Source: Rhodospirillales bacterium | Lineage (GTDB): Bacteria; Pseudomonadota; Alphaproteobacteria; Kiloniellales; CBDCUY01 | Assembly (NCBI GenBank): GCA_965222795.1 | Contig: OZ244972.1 | Span: forward strand, 3,709,231-3,773,230 | Length of the DNA stretch: 64,000 bases | Direction of reading: 5' to 3' | In this document: positions 20,478-31,289 of the stretch, in pieces | How the letters are laid out: each line of letters opens with the position of its first letter | Position numbering within the stretch: position 1 is the stretch's first letter | The notes under the pieces: model-generated | What the model saw: the letters and a program-made list of their open reading frames with translations, nothing else | Told to the model about the DNA's origin: nothing | The model's database searches: none | Program-made: the position numbers and the translations under genes

Positions 20478-21374
20478 ATGACGCCGGAAGAGATCTTATC
20501 GATCGAGCCGACCATCTTGACCCAGGACCAACGCGAAAGCTATTTCGTCGACGGCTATCTGTTGCTGGAAAAGTTTATTCCGGACCAGTGGATCGAGCGT
20601 TTGCGGGCTGTCACCGACGAGATGATCGAAGAAAGTCGCGGCATCACCAAGTCGGATGCGGTTTGGGATCTCGAAGCCAACCACAGCGCCGAGGCCCCGC
20701 GCCTGCGTCGTCTATCAAGCCCTAATGACAAGCACCCGACCTACTGGGAGTTCGCGTCTCGGTCGACCCTGCCAGACGTGGTGGCGGACCTAGTCGGGCC
20801 CAATGTCAAGTTTCACCATTCCAAACTGAACTTCAAATGGGCGCGTGGTGGCGAGGAAGTAAAGTGGCATCAGGACATCGGCTTTTGGCCGCACACCAAT
20901 TACAGCCCTTGCACGGTCGGGACCTACCTATACGATTGCGGCAGCGATCAGGGACCGCTTGGCGTCATCAAAGGCAGCCAGGATGGGCCTCTTTATGACC
21001 AGTATGATGGTGACGACTGGACGGGTTGTTTGTCGGCTGCGGACGCCAAGGCGATCGATCCGGCGAAGATCGTCTACCTGGAGGGGCCGGCGGGCTCGAT
21101 CACCATCCATAACTGCCGAACCATACATGGCTCCAAGCCGAATAGCTCAGATCAAGGACGACCGCTCTTGCTCAATGTCTATGCGGCGGCTGACGCCTTT
21201 CCCTATACCCACAATCCGCTTCACTCCAAGTACGACCAGCAAATTGTCCGCGGCCGGCCTTCCCGTTGGGCCTATCATGACCCAAGGCCTTGCCTCATGC
21301 CGCCGGACTGGTCGGGAGGCTACACGTCGATCTTTGCCTTGCAGCAAGCCGAGAACAAGACTGTCGCGCGGTAG
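20478..21374 (+). CDS. Phytanoyl-CoA dioxygenase (PhyH) family Fe(II)/2-oxoglutarate-dependent oxygenase
   Basis: PhyH-type HxD...H layout (WHQDIGFWPH ... ITIHNCRTIHGSKPN). 298 aa. Confidence 0.7.
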   Translation: MTPEEILSIEPTILTQDQRESYFVDGYLLLEKFIPDQWIERLRAVTDEMIEESRGITKSDAVWDLEANHSAEAPRLRRLSSPNDKHPTYWEFASRSTLPDVVADLVGPNVKFHHSKLNFKWARGGEEVKWHQDIGFWPHTNYSPCTVGTYLYDCGSDQGPLGVIKGSQDGPLYDQYDGDDWTGCLSAADAKAIDPAKIVYLEGPAGSITIHNCRTIHGSKPNSSDQGRPLLLNVYAAADAFPYTHNPLHSKYDQQIVRGRPSRWAYHDPRPCLMPPDWSGGYTSIFALQQAENKTVAR

Positions 21375-21424
21375 AGCGGCAGGTAATAGTGGCACCCTTG
21401 CCGGTGCAGAGGAGGGTAAGCACC

Positions 21425-22195
21425 ATGATGAGCGATCGACAGGCCCGTTTTCGTAGAGAGTACCGTTCGCGAATTTCCGGATGGTACAACGGCTATTTCC
21501 ACGTGGTTGTGATCTATTTGTTGGGCGGCGGCGCGCTTTATTACTTCGCCCAGCATCTAGAGAACGTACGCTGGTGGGAATGGTTGATCGTTCCGGTGGT
21601 CTTTCTGCTGAGCAACATCTTCGAATGGGTGGTCCACAGGGAGGTGATGCACCGCCCGATCAACAATCGTGGCGCGCGCGCCGTTTACAATCGGCACACC
21701 CTGAACCACCATCAGTTCTTCTCCGATACGGAAATGCGCTTTCGCGATCAGCGGGATTGGCGGGTCACGGTGTTTCCGCCCTTTGCGCTCGTCACCTTCG
21801 TGTTGATGTCGATCCCGCCGGCCTTGATCTTAGGCTTGTTGATCTCGGCGAATGTTGGCTGGTTGGTAATCAGCACCACCATCAGCATGTACCTCATCTA
21901 CGAGTTCATGCACTTTTGCTGCCATGTGGAAGAAAACTGGTTCGTCCGCCATTGTCCCTTTGTGAACACCTTGCGGCGCCATCATTTTGCGCACCACAAC
22001 ACGCGTCTCATGATGGAGGTCAACATGAACCTTACCTTCCCGATTGCCGATTGGATGTTTGGCACCTCCGATCTTGATCGAGGATTGTTGGGTCACCTCT
22101 TCAATGGCTACAGCACCGAGCACCTCAAGAAGGATCTTCGTGGCCAGCCTAGTCCGCCCAAGGAGATCGGCACCGAGCCGGCCCTTACCGTGTGA
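21425..22195 (+). CDS. Fatty acid hydroxylase superfamily membrane protein (sterol desaturase/FA2H/OlsE-like)
   Basis: Four histidine boxes (HREVMH, HTLNHH, HFCCH, HHFAHH) within a polytopic membrane protein. ATG 21425 gives 256 aa. Confidence 0.7.
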   Translation: MMSDRQARFRREYRSRISGWYNGYFHVVVIYLLGGGALYYFAQHLENVRWWEWLIVPVVFLLSNIFEWVVHREVMHRPINNRGARAVYNRHTLNHHQFFSDTEMRFRDQRDWRVTVFPPFALVTFVLMSIPPALILGLLISANVGWLVISTTISMYLIYEFMHFCCHVEENWFVRHCPFVNTLRRHHFAHHNTRLMMEVNMNLTFPIADWMFGTSDLDRGLLGHLFNGYSTEHLKKDLRGQPSPPKEIGTEPALTV

Positions 22196-22291
22196 CCGCG
22201 ATCGAAGCCTAGGGGTTCTCGCTGGCGGGAGATTTACGGTGATGATGGGTGCCTTCGTTCGGGGCCGCGGTCGCTTTGTGATGCTCCTATG

Positions 22292-22328
22292 AAAAACCGC
22301 CCGTGCCGCGGGGGTGGCACGGGCGGTT
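22292..22328 (-). terminator. Rho-independent terminator for the minus-strand small secreted protein gene
   Basis: Stem ccgcccgtgcc / ggcacgggcgg with a 9-nt loop, followed on the minus strand by TTTTTC. Confidence 0.6.
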
Positions 22329-22353
22329 CGCAATTGAGTCAAACAGGCCAGGC

Positions 22354-22602
22354 CTACTCGAGACCTAGCATCTCCTTAGCCTTTTGAAGCGTGGCTACGG
22401 AATCGTCATGCTTGCCCGCTTCGTGTTCTGCTTCCCCTTGATCGCGCAAGGCCTTTACCTCGGCGATTTGCTCGTCGCTCAGATCGGGACCTGCACTAAG
22501 CGCCGCATCGATCGCGGAAACCATCACCGGGCAGCTTCCTGCCAGGGCGGATCCGGCGGCAAATGCGACAAAAGTTGCGGTCAGAAGTGCGCGTTTTAGC
22601 AT
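22354..22602 (-). CDS. Small secreted protein (82 aa, signal peptide), hypothetical
   Basis: MLKRALLTATFVAFAAGSALAGS signal peptide then an acidic helical tail. GGGAGA RBS before ATG 22600-22602. A strong terminator follows. The 215-aa ORF-track version is an upstream extension. Confidence 0.5.
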   Translation of the reverse strand: MLKRALLTATFVAFAAGSALAGSCPVMVSAIDAALSAGPDLSDEQIAEVKALRDQGEAEHEAGKHDDSVATLQKAKEMLGLE

Positions 22603-22900
22603 CGTTTTTCTCCCTGAATTCGCGATATCCGGGCAGTTTAAACAGTGGTTGCGATTTGGCAATAGGCTTATCGGGATACAAAACGAGCGTGCCGGGGGCG
22701 GAACGCATCGGTGCCCTATCAAGCTATCGGTTGGAGGCATGTCCTGAGAACTTTGCTGCAAACAAGATCCACCCATGCGTTGCCTTTGACATCTTCCCCG
22801 CTGCCAAGCACGCAATTTAACGGCTTTGTGCATGTCGTTGCAGACAAACGCAAGTTTACCTGCTAGGGCAGTAAGGAAAATTGGCTGCAAGGGAAATGAC

Positions 22901-24121
22901 ATGTCGTCAGGCGACAATTCAATGGACTCTTGGGGTCCTCGTACGATGGCCGTGCATGCTGGCGAGGCTATCGATCCGGTGACCCGGGCCTCTTCACCCA
23001 ATCTGGTTATGTCAGCGACCTTTGCACCTTCTCAAGACGCTGGTTTTTCGGTCAGGAACCGGGGTGATTATGAAGGTTTCGTCTACGGGCGGCTTTCCAA
23101 CCCCACCGTAAAGCAGCTGGAGGAAAAGCTGGCCGCATTGGAGGGGGCCGAGGACGCTAAAGTTTTCGGCTCTGGGATGGCAGCGTCGCACGCCCTTTTG
23201 GCTGGCCGCTTAAGCGCCGGCGATCGAATCCTCTTCGCCGATACCAATTATGTTGGCACGGCAGAGCTGATCCGAGACTCGTTGCCACGTTGGGGCATTG
23301 AAGTGGTCCCGGTGGATACCTCCGATCTTGACCAAATCGCCACGGCGATCACGCCCTATACCCGCATGCTGTGGATCGAGACCCCGGCCAACCCGATCAT
23401 GCGCTTGGCCGATATCGCCGCCTGTTCGGAGTTAGCCCACCAAAGGGGGGTGCGTGACGTTGTCGTCGATTCCACCTTTGCTTCGCCAATTGCCACGCGA
23501 CCCTTGGCGCTCGGTGCGGACTTCGTGGTGCATTCGCTCACCAAATACATCGGCGGTCACGGCGATGCCATGGGCGGCGCTGTCATCGGCCGCGAGGCGG
23601 AGCTAACGGCCCTCAATATCGAGGCGACGGTTCACTATGGCGGGGTTCTTTCCCCTTTTAATGCCTGGCTGATCTTGCGGGGCATTGCGACCCTGCCGCT
23701 GCGCATGAAGGCCCACGAGGAATCGGCGATGGCTGTTGCCCGCTATCTTGAAAATCATCCAGCAGTAGCCCGCGTGCATTACCCCGGCTTGCCGTCGCAT
23801 CCTCAGCATGACCTGGCCAAACGCCAGATGCGCAACTTCTCGGGCATGATGACCTTCGAGACCGTGGAGCCCGGACCATCGATGGTGCCGCGCATGATCG
23901 AAAGGCTCAAAGTCGTACACTATGCTGTGTCGCTCGGCCATCATCGTTCCTTGGTCTACTACATCCCGACCGACTCTGTAATGGAATCGACCTTTCGGCA
24001 TGCGCCCGAAGCCGAGCGGCGATATCGGGAATTCGCCGGCGATGGCATGTTCCGCTTTTCCGTGGGTATCGAGGATGCAGAGGATATCTGCGCCGACCTA
24101 GAGCGGGTGTTAGGCGCATAG
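22901..24121 (+). CDS. Cys/Met-metabolism PLP-dependent enzyme (cystathionine gamma-synthase / beta-lyase / methionine gamma-lyase family)
   Basis: Family blocks MAVHAG, YGRLSNPTVKQLEEKLAALEG, FGSGMAA, and the PLP-lysine region SLTKYIGGHGDAMGG. ATG 22901 is preceded by GGGAAA. Confidence 0.8.
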   Translation: MSSGDNSMDSWGPRTMAVHAGEAIDPVTRASSPNLVMSATFAPSQDAGFSVRNRGDYEGFVYGRLSNPTVKQLEEKLAALEGAEDAKVFGSGMAASHALLAGRLSAGDRILFADTNYVGTAELIRDSLPRWGIEVVPVDTSDLDQIATAITPYTRMLWIETPANPIMRLADIAACSELAHQRGVRDVVVDSTFASPIATRPLALGADFVVHSLTKYIGGHGDAMGGAVIGREAELTALNIEATVHYGGVLSPFNAWLILRGIATLPLRMKAHEESAMAVARYLENHPAVARVHYPGLPSHPQHDLAKRQMRNFSGMMTFETVEPGPSMVPRMIERLKVVHYAVSLGHHRSLVYYIPTDSVMESTFRHAPEAERRYREFAGDGMFRFSVGIEDAEDICADLERVLGA

Positions 24122-24296
24122 ATTTCCGAACGACGGTAATCTTTGGCCAAAATAGTGTTGTGCAGGGCCGATCCGTCGAATCTCCTGAATTCACTGGCCA
24201 GACAGTTTGTCCCTAATGGCCAAATGGGTTAATATCATGGGCAGGTGATCAGGTTTTGTATTGGTTCTTGCAGACCATTGTTATAGCGGAGGTGGC

Positions 24297-25103
24297 ATGT
24301 CTGAGACCACCAACGGTGGAGTAGCCGCCAAGAAGTCGGCGCCAGCAATTACGCTCAACAGGGTTCAAGTCAGTGACGTGCTCGAGAGCCTAGGAGACGG
24401 CCTGCGGGATTTCCGCAAGGCCCCGCTCTTCGGCCTTTTCTTCGGCGGCGTCTATGCGGTAGGCGGCTGGCTGTTGTTGTTGCTGTTACTGCGTTTCGAC
24501 CTGCCATATCTGGTCTATCCCTTGGCCGCTGGCTTTGCCCTGATTGCGCCCTTCATCGCCACCGGACTTTACGCCGTCAGCCGCGGCTTGGAGCGTGGCG
24601 AGACTTTGACTTGGCCCGGTGTGCTCGGCTCGATCAAGGCGGCCGGCGGGCGCGAGCTTGGTTGGATGGCACTGGTCACCGGTTTTTCCTTCTTCATCTG
24701 GATGGATATCGCCGCCTTGCTATTCTTCGGCATGTTGGGCCTCAAGTCCTGGAGCGCGCCGGAGCTGATGCGCGAGATCTTCACCACGCCGACCGGCTTG
24801 CTGTTCTTGCTGCTCGGCAATGCGGTGGGCGCGGTGATCGCCTTGGGCGTCTTCTCCTTTTCGGTGATCTCCTTTCCCCTGCTCTTCGACCGCGAGGTGG
24901 ATTTCGTTACCGCCATGGTGACCAGCGTCAAGCTGGTGCAGGCCAATCCCCTGCCGATGATTTTCTGGTGCGCGATCATTGCCGGCCTGATCGCCCTTTC
25001 CCTGCTTTCTGGCCTGATCGCCCTCTTCGTCGTGCTGCCGGTCCTGGGGCACGCCACCTGGCACCTCTACCGCCGCGCGGTGGTAGCGGAGGGGGTTGGT
25101 TAA
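24297..25103 (+). CDS. Integral membrane protein, DUF2189-like
   Basis: 268 aa with 5-6 predicted TM helices. N-terminus MSETTNGG...RDFRKAPLFGLFFGGVYAVGGWLLL. Family assignment from memory only. Confidence 0.5.
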   Translation: MSETTNGGVAAKKSAPAITLNRVQVSDVLESLGDGLRDFRKAPLFGLFFGGVYAVGGWLLLLLLLRFDLPYLVYPLAAGFALIAPFIATGLYAVSRGLERGETLTWPGVLGSIKAAGGRELGWMALVTGFSFFIWMDIAALLFFGMLGLKSWSAPELMREIFTTPTGLLFLLLGNAVGAVIALGVFSFSVISFPLLFDREVDFVTAMVTSVKLVQANPLPMIFWCAIIAGLIALSLLSGLIALFVVLPVLGHATWHLYRRAVVAEGVG

Positions 25104-25231
25104 ACTAACGAGTTAGCGCTCTCAAAAATAGAAAATGTAGATAAACTATATTTGGATAGCGAGTTTCGACAAGATCCTTAGCTAGGAACCGTTTTTTGGC
25201 AATTGCACGTGGAAAATGGTATAGTGGTCCG

Positions 25232-25423
25232 ATGAGCAATATCGTGAAAAAGCCCCTTACCATCGATCAGGCGACGAAACCGGTAGCCAAGCAACCCACC
25301 GCAAGCGACGAAGCATGGCACGACCAGCAAACTCGCAAAGCGATAAAGGAGGCGGATGCCGGGGATTTCGCCACGCCCGAAGAACTCAAGAAGATAATCC
25401 GAAAATACGTTCCGAATGAATGA
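25232..25423 (+). CDS. Type II antitoxin (ParD/RelB-like, CC2985-type)
   Basis: 63-aa product. It overlaps the downstream ParE-like toxin start by 8 nt (atgaatga). Confidence 0.6.
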   Translation: MSNIVKKPLTIDQATKPVAKQPTASDEAWHDQQTRKAIKEADAGDFATPEELKKIIRKYVPNE

Positions 25424-25706
25424 AGTCGTCTGGACGCGACGTGCTCTGCGGAATCTAGACGACATTGGCGCATACATCGCACAAGATAATCCCATCGCAG
25501 CCGAACGGATTGTTCGGCGCATCCTCGAGCAAGTTTCCCGATTGACCGACTATCCCAGAATCGGTCGACCTGGCCGGGTCGAGGGAACCAGAGAACTGTT
25601 GATTGGGGATACACCTTACTTGGCGATCTATCGCATAGGGGAACGGGTTGAGGTGTTGCGAATTCGTCACGGTGCTCAGCGGTGGCCTAGTCAAAACGCG
25701 CCCTAG
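25416..25706 (+). CDS. Type II toxin, ParE/RelE family
   Basis: 96-aa product MNEVVWTRRALRNLDDIGAYIAQDNPIAAERIVRRILEQVSRLTDYPRIGRPGRVEGTRELLIGDTPYLAIYRI, a typical ParE fold signature. Confidence 0.7.
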   Translation: MNEVVWTRRALRNLDDIGAYIAQDNPIAAERIVRRILEQVSRLTDYPRIGRPGRVEGTRELLIGDTPYLAIYRIGERVEVLRIRHGAQRWPSQNAP

Positions 25707-25822
25707 TATCGAGACATTTACAGCTTAGGTTCGAAATCCAGGTTAGACCTCCTGTCACTTCCTGACAGCATTCACGCGCCTTGCCCCTAGCATCGCGCCT
25801 CGGCCTCTCTTAAATTGCCTTC

Positions 25823-28048
<2,226 letters not shown>

Positions 28049-28077
28049 GGGGGCGCTAACCTTTTCTCGCCATCGTT

Positions 28078-28241
28078 GTCATTGCGAGGCCCGAAGGGCC
28101 GCGGCAATCCATAGAGCGCCTGACAGCGAGCGGTCCAGGCTGCCCCGGTCAAGGACGGGGCTGCGGCGAGACAGCATGGATTGCCACGCCCCGACCTGAC
28201 GGTCCCCGCTTCGCGCCAGACCTCCGGTCTCTCGCAATGAC
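28078..28241. mobile_element. MITE-like element (164 bp) with 11-bp terminal inverted repeats
   Basis: Left end gtcattgcgag (28078-28088) and right end ctcgcaatgac (28231-28241) are exact reverse complements. An internal inverted repeat gcggcaatccat / atggattgcc is present. No ORF. The element sits 30 nt after the uvrB stop. Confidence 0.5.
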
Positions 28242-28330
28242 GGTTGAGAGGTTGGCTGTCAAGCTGGCCGCTTGGCCAAAATGGCTCAACCCACTTAACA
28301 TGTCATTGCTGCCAGAGGGCATGGAGCGGC

Positions 28331-29194
28331 ATGAAGATTCCAAGCTCGCTGAATTGGCTCGTCGGTGAAACTGGGGGTTCAGACTGGCTGAGCGCCCTGC
28401 CACGTCTGATTCGTGAAGTGACCGATGGATGGAACTTGACCATTAGAGGCGATCCCTTTTCAGGTGGCAACGTCTCATATGTTGTTCCTGTTTCACGGGC
28501 CGGCGAATGTTTCGTATTAAAACTGCAATGGCCACATTCTGAATCCAGACACGAGGCCGACGCTCTAAAGGCTTGGGACGGCGACGGCGCAATTTGCCTG
28601 ATCGCCCATGACCAGCATAGAAATGCCCTTCTATTGGAAGAATGCAGGCCGGGCAGGTTACTGGCCGAAAGCGACGTCGCCGATCCAATCGGCGTGATGA
28701 TTGAACTCTTACCGAGGCTTTGGATCGATGCTGCAGACCAGTTTCGTACTCTCGAGGCGGAAGCGGCACAATGGGCGAGAAACCTGCCAAAAGCTTGGGA
28801 GCGTGCCGGACAATCTTGCGAACGCAAACTCGTCGATGCCGCCCTCGATTACATCTGCATTCTCGCCGAAAGCCAGGGACCCACAATCCTCATTCACCAA
28901 GACTTGCACGGACACAATGTGCTGTCCGCCCAGCGAGAACCTTGGCTCGTGATAGATCCCAAGCCACTTCGCGGTGAGCGGGAATTTTCACTCGCGCCGA
29001 TCGTTCGGAGTTTCGAATTCGGACAAACGGCGGCGGCAACGATTCGTAGGTTGGATCGTATGTCGGAAGAACTCGGTTTGGATCGGGACCGCGCACTCGG
29101 TTGGACCGTGGCACAGACGATGGCTTGGGGATTTGGCGGCGCCTATGATCGATATCATCACCAGACAGTTCGCTGGCTGTTGGATGCACGATAG
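28331..29194 (+). CDS. Aminoglycoside phosphotransferase family protein (APH(6)/StrB-like streptomycin kinase fold)
   Basis: 287-aa product with the APH catalytic loop IHQDLHGHNVLS and D-x-K region LVIDPKPLRGEREFSLAP. The N-terminal lobe matches the APH(6)-Id/StrB style. The ORF-track start at 28244 is an extension. Confidence 0.65.
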   Translation: MKIPSSLNWLVGETGGSDWLSALPRLIREVTDGWNLTIRGDPFSGGNVSYVVPVSRAGECFVLKLQWPHSESRHEADALKAWDGDGAICLIAHDQHRNALLLEECRPGRLLAESDVADPIGVMIELLPRLWIDAADQFRTLEAEAAQWARNLPKAWERAGQSCERKLVDAALDYICILAESQGPTILIHQDLHGHNVLSAQREPWLVIDPKPLRGEREFSLAPIVRSFEFGQTAAATIRRLDRMSEELGLDRDRALGWTVAQTMAWGFGGAYDRYHHQTVRWLLDAR

Positions 29195-29212
29195 GCGCTT
29201 GCCATCCGTCGC

Positions 29213-29281
29213 TCTATGGATTGCCGCGCCCCGACCTGACGGCCCCCGCTTCGCGCCAGACCTCCGGTCTCTCGCAATGAC
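29213..29281. repeat. Partial second copy (right 69 bp) of the MITE-like element, forming a direct repeat around the APH gene
   Basis: 29213-29281 matches 28174-28241 with 2-3 mismatches (ggattgcc(a/g)cgccccgacctgacgg(t/c)ccccgcttcgcgccagacctccggtctctcgcaatgac). Confidence 0.6.
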
Positions 29282-29731
29282 CGTTCAGGGGTCGGTTTTC
29301 TTTCGCCTAGCGGGTAAAAATGCCGCTTTCTGCCCTTCTTGTCATGCTGGCCAAAAGGCATGGGAGCGGAGGGCCAGTCAAGGACGGCCGAAGGCCGCCG
29401 GCGCCGCCGGTCGAAGATCCTTGACAGGCCGCCCGTCCCGTGCAGGACGCTCATCATGACAAAGAAGGGTGGGGTGAAGCCAATGTCACATTCTCAGGTG
29501 TCAAGTACGCTCAATACAAAGTCTCGCAGCCTGGGTGCGCCAAATCGAAGCCTCAAGTCGTGCCTAAAACCATCGTGCAATTAATATTATTTTTCCGACT
29601 TGTAGAGTAACAATCTGAGAGGGAATTATTTTACTGTTGACTGGTTGAGAACAACCTTCTCTTGAGGAAAAGCCTTAGAGAAGATTGACTGATGAAACAA
29701 AACCAGATCTGAGAGTGCTGAGGTGAGTAAT

Positions 29732-30136
29732 ATGGGAAATTTTGCTGTCATCCAAGGTAAATCCGAAGGGAAACGGATGATCGGGTTATTTGATGTACAG
29801 TCGATAGAGAATGCAGATCCAAACTTGGGATGGTCTTTGTGGGTTTGCACGCCGTTAATTTTTCCGAACAATGAAGGGTTGTGTGAAAATAGTGAGGCAG
29901 AAGATCTCAATCTTTTTGAAGATATGATAGGGGAGAAATTGGAAGAATTTAAAACTAAATTTGTTGGACGTATTACATTCGATGGGGCGCGAGAAATTTA
30001 CTATTATCTCGAAAATGCAGAAAAAGCTAACAATGTACTTAAACAACTGATTAATGTAGATGGTGCCAGAGGCTTCCAGTATGAAATGGAATTTGACCCA
30101 GATTGGTCAATTGTTAAGTCATACTTTGAACGCTAA
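29732..30136 (+). CDS. Hypothetical protein in a markedly AT-rich block (134 aa)
   Basis: Region 29580-30140 is far more AT-rich than its flanks. GAGGTGA RBS 5 nt before ATG 29732 (GTG 29723 is an alternative). The product is acidic. No confident family recognised. Confidence 0.45.
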   Translation: MGNFAVIQGKSEGKRMIGLFDVQSIENADPNLGWSLWVCTPLIFPNNEGLCENSEAEDLNLFEDMIGEKLEEFKTKFVGRITFDGAREIYYYLENAEKANNVLKQLINVDGARGFQYEMEFDPDWSIVKSYFER

Positions 30137-30339
30137 GTTAGAATTTAAATGAGAGGCTGTGCTGAGACAGCAATTTCCTGACAATTGGCCAGCCGACGCG
30201 CGACCGTGAGGGCTGGGCATGCTGTTCGTGTCCAACAAGATCGACACATCTGGTGCCAAACTACAGACAGTCAATGCTCTTGCCGTAGGATGGGGTAACC
30301 CGCTCGTAGTTACGACTCCCTTTGCTGCCGCTAGGCATC

Positions 30340-30432
30340 CGCCGCCCCAGCCTTCCCACCCTCTCCCCTAACCCCCATCACCCAACCAATGCCCGCAACA
30401 GCCGCGCCGCCAAGCGCGTCAACAGTGGCTTC
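30340..30432 (-). pseudogene. Truncated remnant of a paralog of the 32921-33493 hypothetical gene (3' end only)
   Basis: Minus-strand translation ...LRGMRSVGEKPLLTRLAARLLRALVG* aligns with the C-terminus of the 32921 gene (AVRGKPRLAAAAARVIRALMRVIGV*). The upstream part is replaced by AT-rich sequence. Confidence 0.4.
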
Positions 30433-30666
30433 TCGCCCACCGAGCGCATGCCTCGCAGTGATTTCGCATTTTCTGCAAATGTCTATCGGCTGAATGCATA
30501 CTATGGTGCTCTCGTCTCATAATAGCTATTATTGCGGTGATTTCATAAGATGGTTGTTTGTTCTATTTAAACGATTTCTATTTAAGCGTGTTCTTTTTTG
30601 GCGCTCCTGGAGGTCCGCAGTCGTTCTGAACCGAACATCAAAATCGCCATTCACAAAGGAATCATT

Positions 30667-31251
30667 ATGGATTGGTGGAATTCCCTTTCAGGACTTGAAC
30701 AAGCTCTTGCGGCAATTGGCATCTTTGCTTTGGTTGCCTTCTTCGTTCAGACCGCTTTGGCGTTCTTCGGCGGCCTTGACGTTGATGGCGATATGGATCT
30801 TGAGGCCGATGTCGACAGCGAAAGCAAAGGCGGCTCCTTCTTCTTTGAGCTCTTCACGGTTCGGAACCTTTTATCATTCCTGACTGGATTGTCGTGGACG
30901 ACTCTAGGGCTGCTCAAAATGGGAGTTTGGGCGACCTTCGCGTTCCTGGTCGGGTTTATAGTCGGCTCATTTCTCATTTGGCTCAATAGCTTGGTGCTTG
31001 CTGGCATCGGCCTCTTGAACAGCAAAGGCAATATCGTCATCAGCAAAGCGGTGGGTCGAACTGGCCAGATGTCGCTCGGCATCACCGGCGATGCCGGGGA
31101 TCTTGGCAAGGTCATAGTCGCAATCGGTGGTCGTCGGGTCGAACTCCTGGCCCGCTCATCAGCCGGGACCCCGATTCAGCGGCACAGTCCGGTCCGTATC
31201 GTAGAATTGCACGGCGATACAGCCGTCGTTGAACCGCTAGGAAACACCTGA
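30667..31251 (+). CDS. NfeD-like short membrane protein (YuaF-type partner of flotillin)
   Basis: 194-aa product with N-terminal TM helices and a C-terminal OB-fold-like beta domain (GKVIVAIGGRRVELLARSS...VRIVELHGDTAVVEP). It lies immediately upstream of the SPFH/flotillin gene. AAAGGA RBS. Confidence 0.65.
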   Translation: MDWWNSLSGLEQALAAIGIFALVAFFVQTALAFFGGLDVDGDMDLEADVDSESKGGSFFFELFTVRNLLSFLTGLSWTTLGLLKMGVWATFAFLVGFIVGSFLIWLNSLVLAGIGLLNSKGNIVISKAVGRTGQMSLGITGDAGDLGKVIVAIGGRRVELLARSSAGTPIQRHSPVRIVELHGDTAVVEPLGNT

Positions 31252-31289
31252 ACGCTCATCCTAACCAAGCAACTTTGGAAGTAACCAGC

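Noticed and set aside
22603-23001. Long 215-aa version of the small secreted protein ORF
   Set aside because: The upstream 133 codons have no RBS and overlap the promoter and leader of the divergent PLP-enzyme gene. A signal peptide plus GGGAGA RBS is present at the internal ATG 22600-22602.
25707-25822. Possible SOS box upstream of uvrB (GGTTCGAAATCCAGGTTA)
   Set aside because: It holds only one GTTC. The second half reads GGTT(A), with 8-9-nt spacing rather than N7. That is not convincing as a LexA site without comparative data.
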